Shown here in pieces: positions 55,516 through 64,000 of a stretch of 64,000 bases of DNA; the first letter of the stretch is position 1, and each line of letters opens with the position of its first letter. This DNA is from Myxococcota bacterium (GTDB lineage: Bacteria; Myxococcota_A; UBA796; UBA2385). The position numbers and the translations under genes are program-made. The notes under the pieces are model-generated. The model ran no database searches. It worked only from the letters and a program-made list of their open reading frames with translations, and was not told the DNA's origin. The stretch covers positions 75,396-139,395 of the forward strand of contig JBIJDH010000023.1 in NCBI GenBank assembly GCA_044344255.1, given 5' to 3'.

Positions 55516-58044
55516 TCAGTCCAAGACCTCGACGGTCCCCTCGGCCCCGTCCACCCGGATGCGCTGCCCGTCCTGGATGCGAAGCGTCGCACCCTCCACG
55601 CCGACGACGGCCGGCAGGCCGTACTCCCGCGCGATGACGGAGCCGTGGCTCGTGAGCCCGCCCACCTCGGTGACGAGGCCCGCGACGGTGACGAAGAGCG
55701 GGGTCCAGCTCGGGTCGGTGAAGGGGGTGACGAGGATGTCGCCGGGCTCGAGGTCGGCCGTGGCCATGTCGAGCGCGACGCGCGCCCGCCCCACGGCGAC
55801 CCCCGCGGAGACGCCGAGGCCGACGAGGGTGCCCGCGGGCAGGCCTTCGCGGCGATAACGACCGAAGAGGGCCTCACCCTCCGAGGTGAGCACGCGGGGC
55901 GGGCGGAGGCCCTGGTGCAGGCGGTAGGCCTCCCTCCGAGCGGTGACCAGAGAGGCATCCAGCCGCTCGCCGCGGCTGAGCGCGTGCAGCTCGGGGAAGC
56001 TGAGGTACCAGCCGTCCTCCTCGTCCGAGAGCGCGCCCGCCTCGACCAGCCGGCGGAGCTCGGCCCAGATCGCCTGCTTGTAGACGAACAGGCGGCTGAT
56101 CATCGCGTACTTCGGGTACTCGCGGTAGCCGGTGAAGGTGCGCAGCCGGCGGATCATCCGGCGCACCTCCTGCACCTTCTGTTCGCCATCGGGCAGGGCC
56201 TGGAGCCGGCGGAGCAGCTCACCCTCTGTCTGCGCGGACTGTTCGAGCCCCTGTTCGAAGCGCCGACGGCCGGCCCCGGCCTCGAAGGTGCGCACGTAGC
56301 TCAGGAGCAGCGGGATGAGCTGGCTCGGGCGCTCGGCCCAGCGAGGGCGGGTGATGTCGATCTCGCCGGGGCAGCGCATGCCGTAGCGGAGGAGCCAGCC
56401 TTGGATGGCGGCGAGGGCGGCCTCCCCGCCGGGCAGGGCGGGGAGCGCGTCGAGGGTGTCGTCCCCCTCGGCCTGCTGGAGGGCGGCCAGGACCGCGGGG
56501 TGCGGGCGGAGGGCGTCGGCCACGTCGAGCAGGGCGAGGCCCATCTCCGAGGTAATGTTGTGCGGAGCCGACTGAGCGAGGGCGTCGGCCGGGCTCTTCT
56601 CACCGAGCCACGCGCCGAGCTGGTCATTGAGCCACCAGGTGGCCTCGATGCCGGCCATCAGGGCCCGAAAGCCCTCCGGGTCGGCCATCTGGCGCTTCAG
56701 CGTCGGGATGTCCTCGAGGAGGAAGTCGAAGAGGGCGGGGCCCCGGTGGGCGCCGATCTCCTGACGCAGGGCGGCGAGCGAGGCCTGGTCCCGGGCCATC
56801 AGGCCCTCCACGACCGCGATGTCGGCCTCGAGTGGAGCCGCCTGCGCAGCCAGACCAGCGGGGCCCGACGGCGGGGCCCTGGGGGGTGGGTCCGGCAGGG
56901 TGGGGACGAGATCGCGGGTGAGCACGGTCTCGAGGGCGTCGCGGACGAGCGGGTCCGAGCGCCCCGCCATGGCAAAGAGGTCCGCCCGGCTCGAAGGCGC
57001 GCCGAGCTCGCGGGTGACGTCGACGAAGAGGCGGCCGCCCGCCGTGATCATCGGACGCAGGGCCAGGAGCTGAAAGAGGGAGAGCCCGAAGGGCCGCATC
57101 GCGTCGGTCATCATCTGCTGGTGACCGACCGAGAGCCAGACATGGGGCTGCCCGTCGTCCAGCGGCAGCGGGAAGAGGGTGCTGATGGGGCGGCTCTGCA
57201 CGAGCTGGAAGGCACCCCGAGCGAGGCACCACTCGATGTCCTGCGGCTGGCCGAAGGCGGCCTCGACGCGGCGGCCAAGGGCGACGAGGTCGATGAGCTC
57301 GGCGTCGGACAGGACCGGCTCCGGCCCGGCCGGCCGGCGCGTGACCTGACCGTCGCGAAGCGTATGGGTGTCGGGGTGGGCCCGGCCGGAGACGAGGGCC
57401 TCGCCGAGACCCCGCACCGCCTCCACGGTCGCCACCCGTCGGTTGCCGCTCCGGGGATCGGCCGTGAAGAGCACCCCCGCGGCCTCCGCCGGCGCCATAC
57501 GCTGCACCACCACGGCCATCTCGACCGCGCGCGGATCGAAGCCCTGGCGGAGCCGATAGGTGACGGCCCGCTCGGTGTAGAGCGAGGCCCAACAGCGGCG
57601 CAGCGCCTGGAGGACCGCGGCCGCGCCGACGACATCGAGGGAGCTGTCGTGTTGGCCGGCGAAGGAGGCGCCGGGCAGGTCCTCCGCGGTGGCGCTCGAG
57701 CGGACGGCGAAGGCCACCCCCTCCCCGAAGCCCGCGACGGCGTCGGTGATCGCGGCGGCGAGCTCGCCGGAGAGGGCGGTCTCCTCGATGCGCCCCCGCA
57801 GGGCTGCGCTGGCCGCGGAGATGCCCTCCCGGTCGGCGGGCCCGAGGCGGGACAGGCCGTCGAGCGCGTCGCTCAGCCCGTGCTCGCCCGTGAGGTGGCG
57901 CCGAAAGGCCGCCGTCGTCACCACGAAGCCGGGGGGGACGGTGACCCCCTCGATGCGCGCGAGCTCCCCGAGCTGCGCCCCCTTGCCGCCCGCCTCGGCG
58001 ACGCGGCTCCGGTCGAGCTCCTGCAGGTCCAAGAGGTCGCCCAT
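55516..58044 (-). CDS. rph: Rifamycin phosphotransferase (Rph-like; ATP-grasp, rifampin-binding and His-swivel domains)
   Basis: GGKGA.LGEL, RSSATAEDL..ASFAGQ, SVGHQQMMTD, YREYPKY, TDPSWTPLF, GGLTSHG.VIAREYG; AAGGAGG RBS. Confidence 0.85.
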   Translation of the reverse strand: MGDLLDLQELDRSRVAEAGGKGAQLGELARIEGVTVPPGFVVTTAAFRRHLTGEHGLSDALDGLSRLGPADREGISAASAALRGRIEETALSGELAAAITDAVAGFGEGVAFAVRSSATAEDLPGASFAGQHDSSLDVVGAAAVLQALRRCWASLYTERAVTYRLRQGFDPRAVEMAVVVQRMAPAEAAGVLFTADPRSGNRRVATVEAVRGLGEALVSGRAHPDTHTLRDGQVTRRPAGPEPVLSDAELIDLVALGRRVEAAFGQPQDIEWCLARGAFQLVQSRPISTLFPLPLDDGQPHVWLSVGHQQMMTDAMRPFGLSLFQLLALRPMITAGGRLFVDVTRELGAPSSRADLFAMAGRSDPLVRDALETVLTRDLVPTLPDPPPRAPPSGPAGLAAQAAPLEADIAVVEGLMARDQASLAALRQEIGAHRGPALFDFLLEDIPTLKRQMADPEGFRALMAGIEATWWLNDQLGAWLGEKSPADALAQSAPHNITSEMGLALLDVADALRPHPAVLAALQQAEGDDTLDALPALPGGEAALAAIQGWLLRYGMRCPGEIDITRPRWAERPSQLIPLLLSYVRTFEAGAGRRRFEQGLEQSAQTEGELLRRLQALPDGEQKVQEVRRMIRRLRTFTGYREYPKYAMISRLFVYKQAIWAELRRLVEAGALSDEEDGWYLSFPELHALSRGERLDASLVTARREAYRLHQGLRPPRVLTSEGEALFGRYRREGLPAGTLVGLGVSAGVAVGRARVALDMATADLEPGDILVTPFTDPSWTPLFVTVAGLVTEVGGLTSHGSVIAREYGLPAVVGVEGATLRIQDGQRIRVDGAEGTVEVLD

Positions 58045-58196
58045 CCACCCCTCCTTCACGCGTCCTTCACGCGCTGCCCCTGATGGCCCGCCGATGGGGG
58101 CGGCTAACGCAGAGACAGCGAGCTGGTCGTTTTGCGAGGGTTGGGCGGGCAGGGGTCGGCTGGTTATCCAGCCGCATGAATCGGCGTTGGGAGCCC

Positions 58197-61100
58197 ATGC
58201 AAGGAGAGCCGCCGCCGACCACCGCGGCGGCCGGGGCTCCCGCACACGAGGCCACCGCGCACGAAGCCACCGCGCACGAAGCCACCGTGCGCGAGGCCGC
58301 TCCACCCCAGGGTCCAAGGCCCGTCGCCCCGCCGCGCAGGGCCTTTCCAGCGGCCCCCGTCGCACCGGGCCTCACCGTCCAGGCCCCGCTCGGCGCGGGC
58401 GCGATGGGCGAGGTCTGGCGGGTGTGGGACCCTGGCCTCGCCCGCTCGTTGGCCCTGAAGGTGATGCGGGTCGAGCTCGCCGGCGTCCCCGAGCTCGCCG
58501 CGCGGTTCATTCGGGAGGCGCAGGTCACCGGCAGCCTTGAGCACGACGGCGTGCCCCCCGTGCACACCCTGGGGCACCTCAGTGACGGGCGGCCCTACTA
58601 CACGATGAAGGAGCTGCAGGGCCGCAGCCTGGGCGACCGTGTGTCCAGCAGGCGAGAGAGCAAGGACGACATCGTCGCCTGGCTCGCCGAGGTGGCGGCC
58701 ACCCTGGTCTACGCCCACTCCCAGGAGGTGACACACCGCGACATCAAGCCCGACAATGTGCTGATCGGCCCTTTCGGTGAGGTCACCCTCCTCGACTGGG
58801 GTCTCGCCCGCCGGGGCAATGAGCCCCTCGCCGACTCCCTCCCGGTCTCGGTCCCGGTCCCTCCCCTGTCTCCGGCCCGCCTCGTCTCGCCGCTTCACAA
58901 TGCCCCGCTCGTCGAGGACGAGGGCCTCGATGGCGGAGAGGGCCTCGGCCAGGGCGAAGGCGGTGGCAGCGGCTTCGGCTCGATGGCGATGGACTGGAGC
59001 GGGTCGAGCTCCGACTCGGCGGCGACGAGGGTGGGAGCGGTGCTCGGTACGCCGGGCTTCATGGCCCCGGAACAGGAGGCAGGGGAAGCGGTCGGCCCCC
59101 CGACCGACATCTACGCGCTCGGGGTGACCTTGCTCGCGGCCCTGTCGGGGCGGCGCGGGCCGGTGAAGGTCCCGCCGCCCGGCCTCGACCCCGGGCTCGC
59201 CGCGATCGGGGTCGCGGCCCTCGCCCGAGAGCCGGGAGAGCGCCCGACGGCGGCCCAGATGGAGAGGGAGCTGCGCGGTTGGCTCGAAGCGGCTCGGGCC
59301 AAAGCCCGGAGCGAGGCGCGGGCCCAGCGGGGCGAGGCGCTCCTCGGCGCGGCGTCGGCCAAAGGCCAGGCTGAGCTGATCGAGCTCCTCGTTCGACTCG
59401 CCGATCGGGACGGCCGGAGCCGCGCCCGCCCTCGCGCCTCCCTCGTGTCGCTGTCGAGCGAGGCCGCCGGGCATGTCGAGGCCCTGCTCGCGGCCGGGCT
59501 GCTGAGCGCGGAGGAGGACCAGCTCGCTTGGTCGAGCGCCTCCCTCCCGCAGGAGTGGGGGCGGTTGGGCGCCGCCTTGGCCGCGGAGGGGCCGGGGCTC
59601 TCCCTTCGAGAGCGGCTCGCCGACGCCTTGCCGGGGGCCGACGGTCCGCCCTCCCGCGCCGAGCCCCCCTGGCAGGGCGCCCTGCTCGCCGAGGCGCTGG
59701 CCTGGCGGGCGCGCGCTCGCCCCCTCCTGGACGCAGCCGAGGCGGCCTTCCTCGACCGCTCCGCGTTGGCCGAGCGCCGCGCGGACCGACGCCGAATGCT
59801 CGCGCTGGTGCTCGCCGTCGCGCTGCTCTCCGGCCTGGGCCTTGGCTTCGGGGCGCTCTGGCTCGACACCCGCAGGGCCTGGGATCAGGAGGGCCAGGCG
59901 CGGCAGGCCGCAGAGGGCCGCGGGCTCTTCGCCCTCGGTCGAGAGGCGGAGGGCCTGAGGCGCCCGCACGAGGCCCTCGCCTATTACCTCGCGGCGGCCG
60001 ATCTCGGCGCGGAGGGGGCCCGGGAGGCCGCCTGGCAGGTGGGCGCCGCGGGCGTGGCCTCCTGGGTGGTGCCCGTCGCTCGGGGTGGGGTCTGGGATGT
60101 GGCGGTCGATCCGGAGCTGGGGAGCCTCTTCGTCACCGCGGCGGATGGGAAGGTCCGTGAGATCGACCCCGCCACGGGCGCGCTTCAGCGGAGCTTTGGT
60201 CCCCCCGACGTCGAGCTCCTCGACGTCATCGTGCGCGCCGACCGACTCTACGCCTACGGTTGGCCTCGGGGCGTCCGCGTCTGGAGCCGAGCGGGGGGCG
60301 AAGAGCTCCCCCGCCTCGATGCAGGTATCCGCGCCAAGGGTGGGATGCGCCAGACCCCCCTCGGCCCCCTGCTCACCGCCGCGCGAGACGGGCGCCTCCG
60401 CACCTGGGATCCGGAGACCGGCGCCTTGCTCGGGGAGGCCCACCGCGGCGCGCGCGCCTTTCGCACCGCCCTCCGAGGCGACCTCTGCGCAGTGGTGGAT
60501 GCAAAGAAGGACGGGGGACTCTATCGCCTCCCCGATCTGCGCTCGATCTGGGAGGGGGCCCGTGTCGGCTCGGCCGGGGTCGCGTTCGCGGGCGATGAGG
60601 CGCTGTACTTCGACTCGCGCGGGCGCGTCACCCGGGTGAACGCGGAGGGCGAAGCCCGCGAGAGCCGCCTCCTCGGCGTTCCGGAGCTCGATGGGGTCTG
60701 GTCGGCGGAGGAGGGCGTGGTCCTGAGCTCAGGGAATGGGTGGGTGGGGGTGCTCGACCCGACCGCCCAGGCGCTCGACCGCGTCCTGCCCGGGGGGCGC
60801 GGCACCTTCACCGACTTCGCCTTCGCCGGCGATGAGCTGGTCGGCGTCGGCGACGAGGGTGGCCTCGTCTGGGGCTTCTCCGACGGCCGCCTCCACGCCC
60901 GCCTCGACGGACACACCGGACCGGTCAAGGCGGGAGCCTGGCTGCCAGGGGCCAGGCGGCTGGCGACGGTCTCGCTCGACGGCACGGCGAGGCTGTGGGA
61001 CCTCGGCGACGCCGCGGATGGCGCCCGCTGGCTCGAGCGCGGCGGCCCGGTGCGCACCGCCTGGAGCGCGGGTCGCCTCAATCCCGTCACGGCCTGGTGC

Positions 61101-62174
61101 ACCGTCGGGGGGAGCTGCGCGGCCCGCGACTCCCAGGGCCATCGGTGGACGCTCCCCGCCGAGGCGGAGATCATCGGGACCGGGGAGGGCTGGGTCGCGT
61201 CTTACGATCCGGCCCAACGGCGGGTCGAGCTCTTCGGCGAGCGTGGCGCCCTCGCGCAGCTCCCGGTGGAGACCGCGCCGACCGGGGCTGAATACCAGCC
61301 AGATGTACACCGCCTCGCGATCACCTACCCGGACGGCCGGTTGGACCTCTGGGATCAAGAGCCCTTTCTCGCCTCGGGGCGCCGCCGAATGTCCTCCATC
61401 GGGGAGCCTTCGGGCTGGCACATCGACCTCGCCCGGGACCGCCTGTTGGTCCTCCGCCACGATCACACGGCCGCGCTCTATCGGTTGAGCGACGGCGCGA
61501 AGCTGGCTGACTTGGATCCCGGCTCTGCGTCGCTCTACTCGGCCTCGCAGTGGGCAGCCACGAGCACGCTGGGGCAGGTGCTGGTTGCCTCGTCCGAGGG
61601 GGGAGCGCTCCGCTTCAACGTCGAGGATGGCCGGGCGCTTGCCCCCCTCCCGGACAGCCGTCGGCTGGTCAGCATCCAGGTCTCGCCCGACGGCGAGGTG
61701 GCCGCCACCACCACTTATGACCGCAAAGTCCGCCTCTGGTCACTCCGCGGCGGTGACCTCCTCTTCGAGGCCGGGCCCTTCGATCACCTCCTGGACACCG
61801 CCCTCTTCTCCCCGAGCGGCCGCCGTCTCGCGGTCCTCGACGGCGGGGGAGACCTCCGCGTGTGGGATCTGCCCACCCGCCACCTCCTCCGTCACCTGTA
61901 CGTCGGTGAGGGGCGGGATCGCGCCCTCGCCTTCCTCAGCGAAGACGACCTCGCCGCCGGCGTCGCGGGCGACTGGAGCCGCTATCACCTCGATAACGCG
62001 CCGGCTGACCCCGCCACCCTCACCAACTTCCGCGTCTGCCGCAGCACCCAGCGGGTCGTGGCGGTGGTGCCCTTCCCGGGGGCGGGATCGCCCTGGGCCC
62101 CGAGCCCGGACTGCGCCGGCAGGCGGGAGGTCGGAGCGGACGGAGCCGCTGGGAGCGCGGAGACGGCTGAATGA
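58197..62174 (+). CDS. Membrane Ser/Thr protein kinase with STAND-like helical region and WD40 repeats
   Basis: LGAGAMGEV, ALK, HRDIKPDN, DWG, GTPGFMAPEQ; TM; WD repeats; start uncertain (58176 or 58197); HEATA x3 repeat at 58242-58298. Confidence 0.88.
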   Translation: MQGEPPPTTAAAGAPAHEATAHEATAHEATVREAAPPQGPRPVAPPRRAFPAAPVAPGLTVQAPLGAGAMGEVWRVWDPGLARSLALKVMRVELAGVPELAARFIREAQVTGSLEHDGVPPVHTLGHLSDGRPYYTMKELQGRSLGDRVSSRRESKDDIVAWLAEVAATLVYAHSQEVTHRDIKPDNVLIGPFGEVTLLDWGLARRGNEPLADSLPVSVPVPPLSPARLVSPLHNAPLVEDEGLDGGEGLGQGEGGGSGFGSMAMDWSGSSSDSAATRVGAVLGTPGFMAPEQEAGEAVGPPTDIYALGVTLLAALSGRRGPVKVPPPGLDPGLAAIGVAALAREPGERPTAAQMERELRGWLEAARAKARSEARAQRGEALLGAASAKGQAELIELLVRLADRDGRSRARPRASLVSLSSEAAGHVEALLAAGLLSAEEDQLAWSSASLPQEWGRLGAALAAEGPGLSLRERLADALPGADGPPSRAEPPWQGALLAEALAWRARARPLLDAAEAAFLDRSALAERRADRRRMLALVLAVALLSGLGLGFGALWLDTRRAWDQEGQARQAAEGRGLFALGREAEGLRRPHEALAYYLAAADLGAEGAREAAWQVGAAGVASWVVPVARGGVWDVAVDPELGSLFVTAADGKVREIDPATGALQRSFGPPDVELLDVIVRADRLYAYGWPRGVRVWSRAGGEELPRLDAGIRAKGGMRQTPLGPLLTAARDGRLRTWDPETGALLGEAHRGARAFRTALRGDLCAVVDAKKDGGLYRLPDLRSIWEGARVGSAGVAFAGDEALYFDSRGRVTRVNAEGEARESRLLGVPELDGVWSAEEGVVLSSGNGWVGVLDPTAQALDRVLPGGRGTFTDFAFAGDELVGVGDEGGLVWGFSDGRLHARLDGHTGPVKAGAWLPGARRLATVSLDGTARLWDLGDAADGARWLERGGPVRTAWSAGRLNPVTAWCTVGGSCAARDSQGHRWTLPAEAEIIGTGEGWVASYDPAQRRVELFGERGALAQLPVETAPTGAEYQPDVHRLAITYPDGRLDLWDQEPFLASGRRRMSSIGEPSGWHIDLARDRLLVLRHDHTAALYRLSDGAKLADLDPGSASLYSASQWAATSTLGQVLVASSEGGALRFNVEDGRALAPLPDSRRLVSIQVSPDGEVAATTTYDRKVRLWSLRGGDLLFEAGPFDHLLDTALFSPSGRRLAVLDGGGDLRVWDLPTRHLLRHLYVGEGRDRALAFLSEDDLAAGVAGDWSRYHLDNAPADPATLTNFRVCRSTQRVVAVVPFPGAGSPWAPSPDCAGRREVGADGAAGSAETAE

Positions 62175-62198
62175 ACACGGAGCCGTGGAGGCGGCGAA

Positions 62199-62648
62199 TC
62201 AGCCCCCGCCCGCCCAGACCTTCAGCACCGAGCTGCCGAGCATCCAGAAGATGAGGCCGTAGCAGGGAAAGGTCACGAAGGCGACGCGCCGGGGTTGCAC
62301 CCGCTCGATGCGGGAGCCGAGCAGGAACGGGTAGATGGCTCGCAGCACGACATAGGCGGCGCCGAGGGCGGAGGCGGCGTCTGGTGACACGACGAGCGCG
62401 TGCATCCACATCGCTATGAGGAAGGGCACCATCTGCTCGTGCGTGTTCTGCACGGCGCGGTCGGCCTTGAGCATCTCGGGGTCGGCCGATCGGTAGCGGT
62501 CAAAGACCTCGCCGCGGGCGGCGTATTCGCGGAGGAGCCGGTACTTCGTACGGGTCTGCAAGCCGAACAGCAGCGCGTACCAGAGCGCGAAGTAGAGGGC
62601 GGTCACGCTGATGGGGCCGCGCAGCGCAGAGAGCTCGACAGGTGGGAT
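62199..62648 (-). CDS. MAPEG family membrane protein (possible ATC start)
   Basis: DRAVQNTHEQ..F, R..YP MAPEG motifs; GAGGAGG SD 5 nt before an in-frame ATC. Confidence 0.75.
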   Translation of the reverse strand: MPPVELSALRGPISVTALYFALWYALLFGLQTRTKYRLLREYAARGEVFDRYRSADPEMLKADRAVQNTHEQMVPFLIAMWMHALVVSPDAASALGAAYVVLRAIYPFLLGSRIERVQPRRVAFVTFPCYGLIFWMLGSSVLKVWAGGG

Positions 62649-62715
62649 GGGGGCCTCCTCGGCGCGGCGGTTAGCACCCCGACGATAATACAGGACCGAA
62701 GTGCGGGAAGATCGT

Positions 62716-62823
62716 GCCCACCTCGTAGACCGGCAGGATGCCCGGAAGCTGAAGCTGGGCGGCGACCTCTGCCTCGAGGAGAAAGCTGCGATCGGCCCGG
62801 CCAGCTCCGCCACGCTCAGGATG
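62716..62823 (-). pseudogene. Short frameshifted Ser/Thr kinase fragment
   Basis: FLLEAEVAAQLQLPGILPVYEVG resembles FVEEARATAQLQHPGIVPVHDIG of the 15088 kinase; ILSVAELAG lies in an adjacent frame. Confidence 0.55.
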
Positions 62824-63350
62824 GTGCCCCCGACGGTGCCCTCGGCCTGCGGATCGGCGGCGACAGCGTTCAGCTTCAGCAACAGATCCCTGGGACAGAG
62901 GTGGCCGCGGCGGCACCATCGTGCCTTGTCTCAGGGGGCCTTTCAGTTGAAATCTGGTTCCGTCCACCGCTCCCGCTGGGTGACGGGGCAGCGGGCAGCG
63001 GGCTCGAACCCGACCGCGGTCACATAGGCCGGTCTGTGAAAGTCAGGACCAACGAGCGCTTCGGGTACCAAACAAGCTCCCTCCTCCAGGTCAACCAGAT
63101 CCGATCCGCGCGTTCAACGAGTGGTTCCGGGGGCGCTTCCGCCGGTCGCCGCCCGACCCGTCCCACACCTCGTCCGGCCGTCAGCACGCGCAGACGTGGT
63201 GCGCGAGCTTGAAGGTCGACGGCGTCCAGCTCCTGGGTGCTGGCTGTTACAAGCGGGAGGCGATCCGGGACCTCTACGACAAGATCCTTACCGCGCTGTC
63301 CACCGCAGGCTGAACGTGGACCGTATGCTCCGTAGCTGGCGGGAGTGAGC

Positions 63351-64000
63351 ATGGCGGGCATGTCGTGGGCTGACGAGCACTTTGACTTCGATGACGTCCT
63401 AAACGGCGACATCTGGAGGGAGTCGCCCGCGCGGGGAGCAGGCTTGGCGGCGGCGACTGGGAGTGCCTCGGCCGGCGGCTGGCAGGACCGCTGGGCGTCG
63501 CCCCCGCTCCCTTGGGTGCCCGATCTCGTCGGCCGACGGTGGCAGGAGCGAGGTGGCGTCGTCGTGATCGGCTCGGCCTATGCGCCGTTTGTCGGTGCGA
63601 GCGCCAGCCGCCGCGCCGCCATGCCTCAGTCGAGCTACGCGTCCGCGCGCTCGGCGGCCGAATTCGGGCCGCGGTTCCTGGACTCCGTCGTGCGCCCGGA
63701 CGTCTCGTTCTACGGTGGCCTCGGCGAGATGCTCGAAGGGATCGCGGATCCGGAGCGCGTCGTGCTTACGGACCTGTGCCGGGCGAGCTTTGTTGAACAA
63801 CGCCCGGACGGCTTCTTCGGCGGAGACGAGGTCGTGCGACGCCACTCGACCGTGTACGACCGGTGGGTCAACTCGGGAGCCGACTGGACGATCCGAAGGA
63901 TCAGAGAGAGCGGCGCCAAGGTGATTGTGGTGCTCGGCGACCTCGCCTGGACGACGTTTCAGCGGGTCGCGCGTGACGCTGGCACGCCGGTCTCGGATCG
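63351..64000 (+). CDS. Hypothetical protein, 3' truncated (possible uracil-DNA-glycosylase-like fold)
   Basis: Frame open from ATG 63351 to the window end (absent from the ORF track); PDLVG..W...VVIG.AY, LTDLCR, KVIVVLGDLA. Confidence 0.6.
   Translation, partial: MAGMSWADEHFDFDDVLNGDIWRESPARGAGLAAATGSASAGGWQDRWASPPLPWVPDLVGRRWQERGGVVVIGSAYAPFVGASASRRAAMPQSSYASARSAAEFGPRFLDSVVRPDVSFYGGLGEMLEGIADPERVVLTDLCRASFVEQRPDGFFGGDEVVRRHSTVYDRWVNSGADWTIRRIRESGAKVIVVLGDLAWTTFQRVARDAGTPVSD

Noticed and set aside
55516..58044. Ordinary PEP synthase (ppsA)
   Set aside because: The His domain is C-terminal and the middle domain has Rph motifs. There is no pyruvate-binding barrel.
62995..63050. tRNA (GGTTCGAGCCC T-loop-like motif on the minus strand)
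   Set aside because: I could not build an acceptor stem, D-arm or canonical anticodon arm, and there is no CCA end.
63020..63412. 130-aa minus-strand ORF as a gene
   Set aside because: No recognisable motif, atypical codons, and overlap with the better-supported 63351 ORF.

Overview
High-GC bacterial window, most consistent with a Myxococcota-like organism (MYXO-CTERM-type tails, many Asp/Cys-rich MopE-like and FG-GAP surface proteins, three large Hanks-type Ser/Thr kinases, sigma-54 promoters). About 50 genes can be supported. There is no rRNA, convincing tRNA, CRISPR array or transposase. The main points of interest: (1) a two-gene operon in which a cytoplasmic histidine kinase with winged-helix-like motifs is paired with a response regulator whose output is an intact-looking Mrr-type restriction-endonuclease domain, a candidate phospho-activated defence nuclease; (2) a CARF/RtcR-like sigma-54 activator divergent from an RtcB2-PrfH ribosome-repair operon with a matching -24/-12 promoter; (3) a peroxiredoxin-like selenoprotein (UxxC plus SECIS-like hairpin) that the ORF track truncates; (4) an orphan 45-aa PFFAR-motif peptide with its own sigma-54 promoter, RBS and hairpin; (5) a 42-bp tandem array in frame with a Uma2 nuclease and joined to a diverged copy of a WD40 gene segment. 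All family assignments come from motif recognition by eye. No database searches were run.
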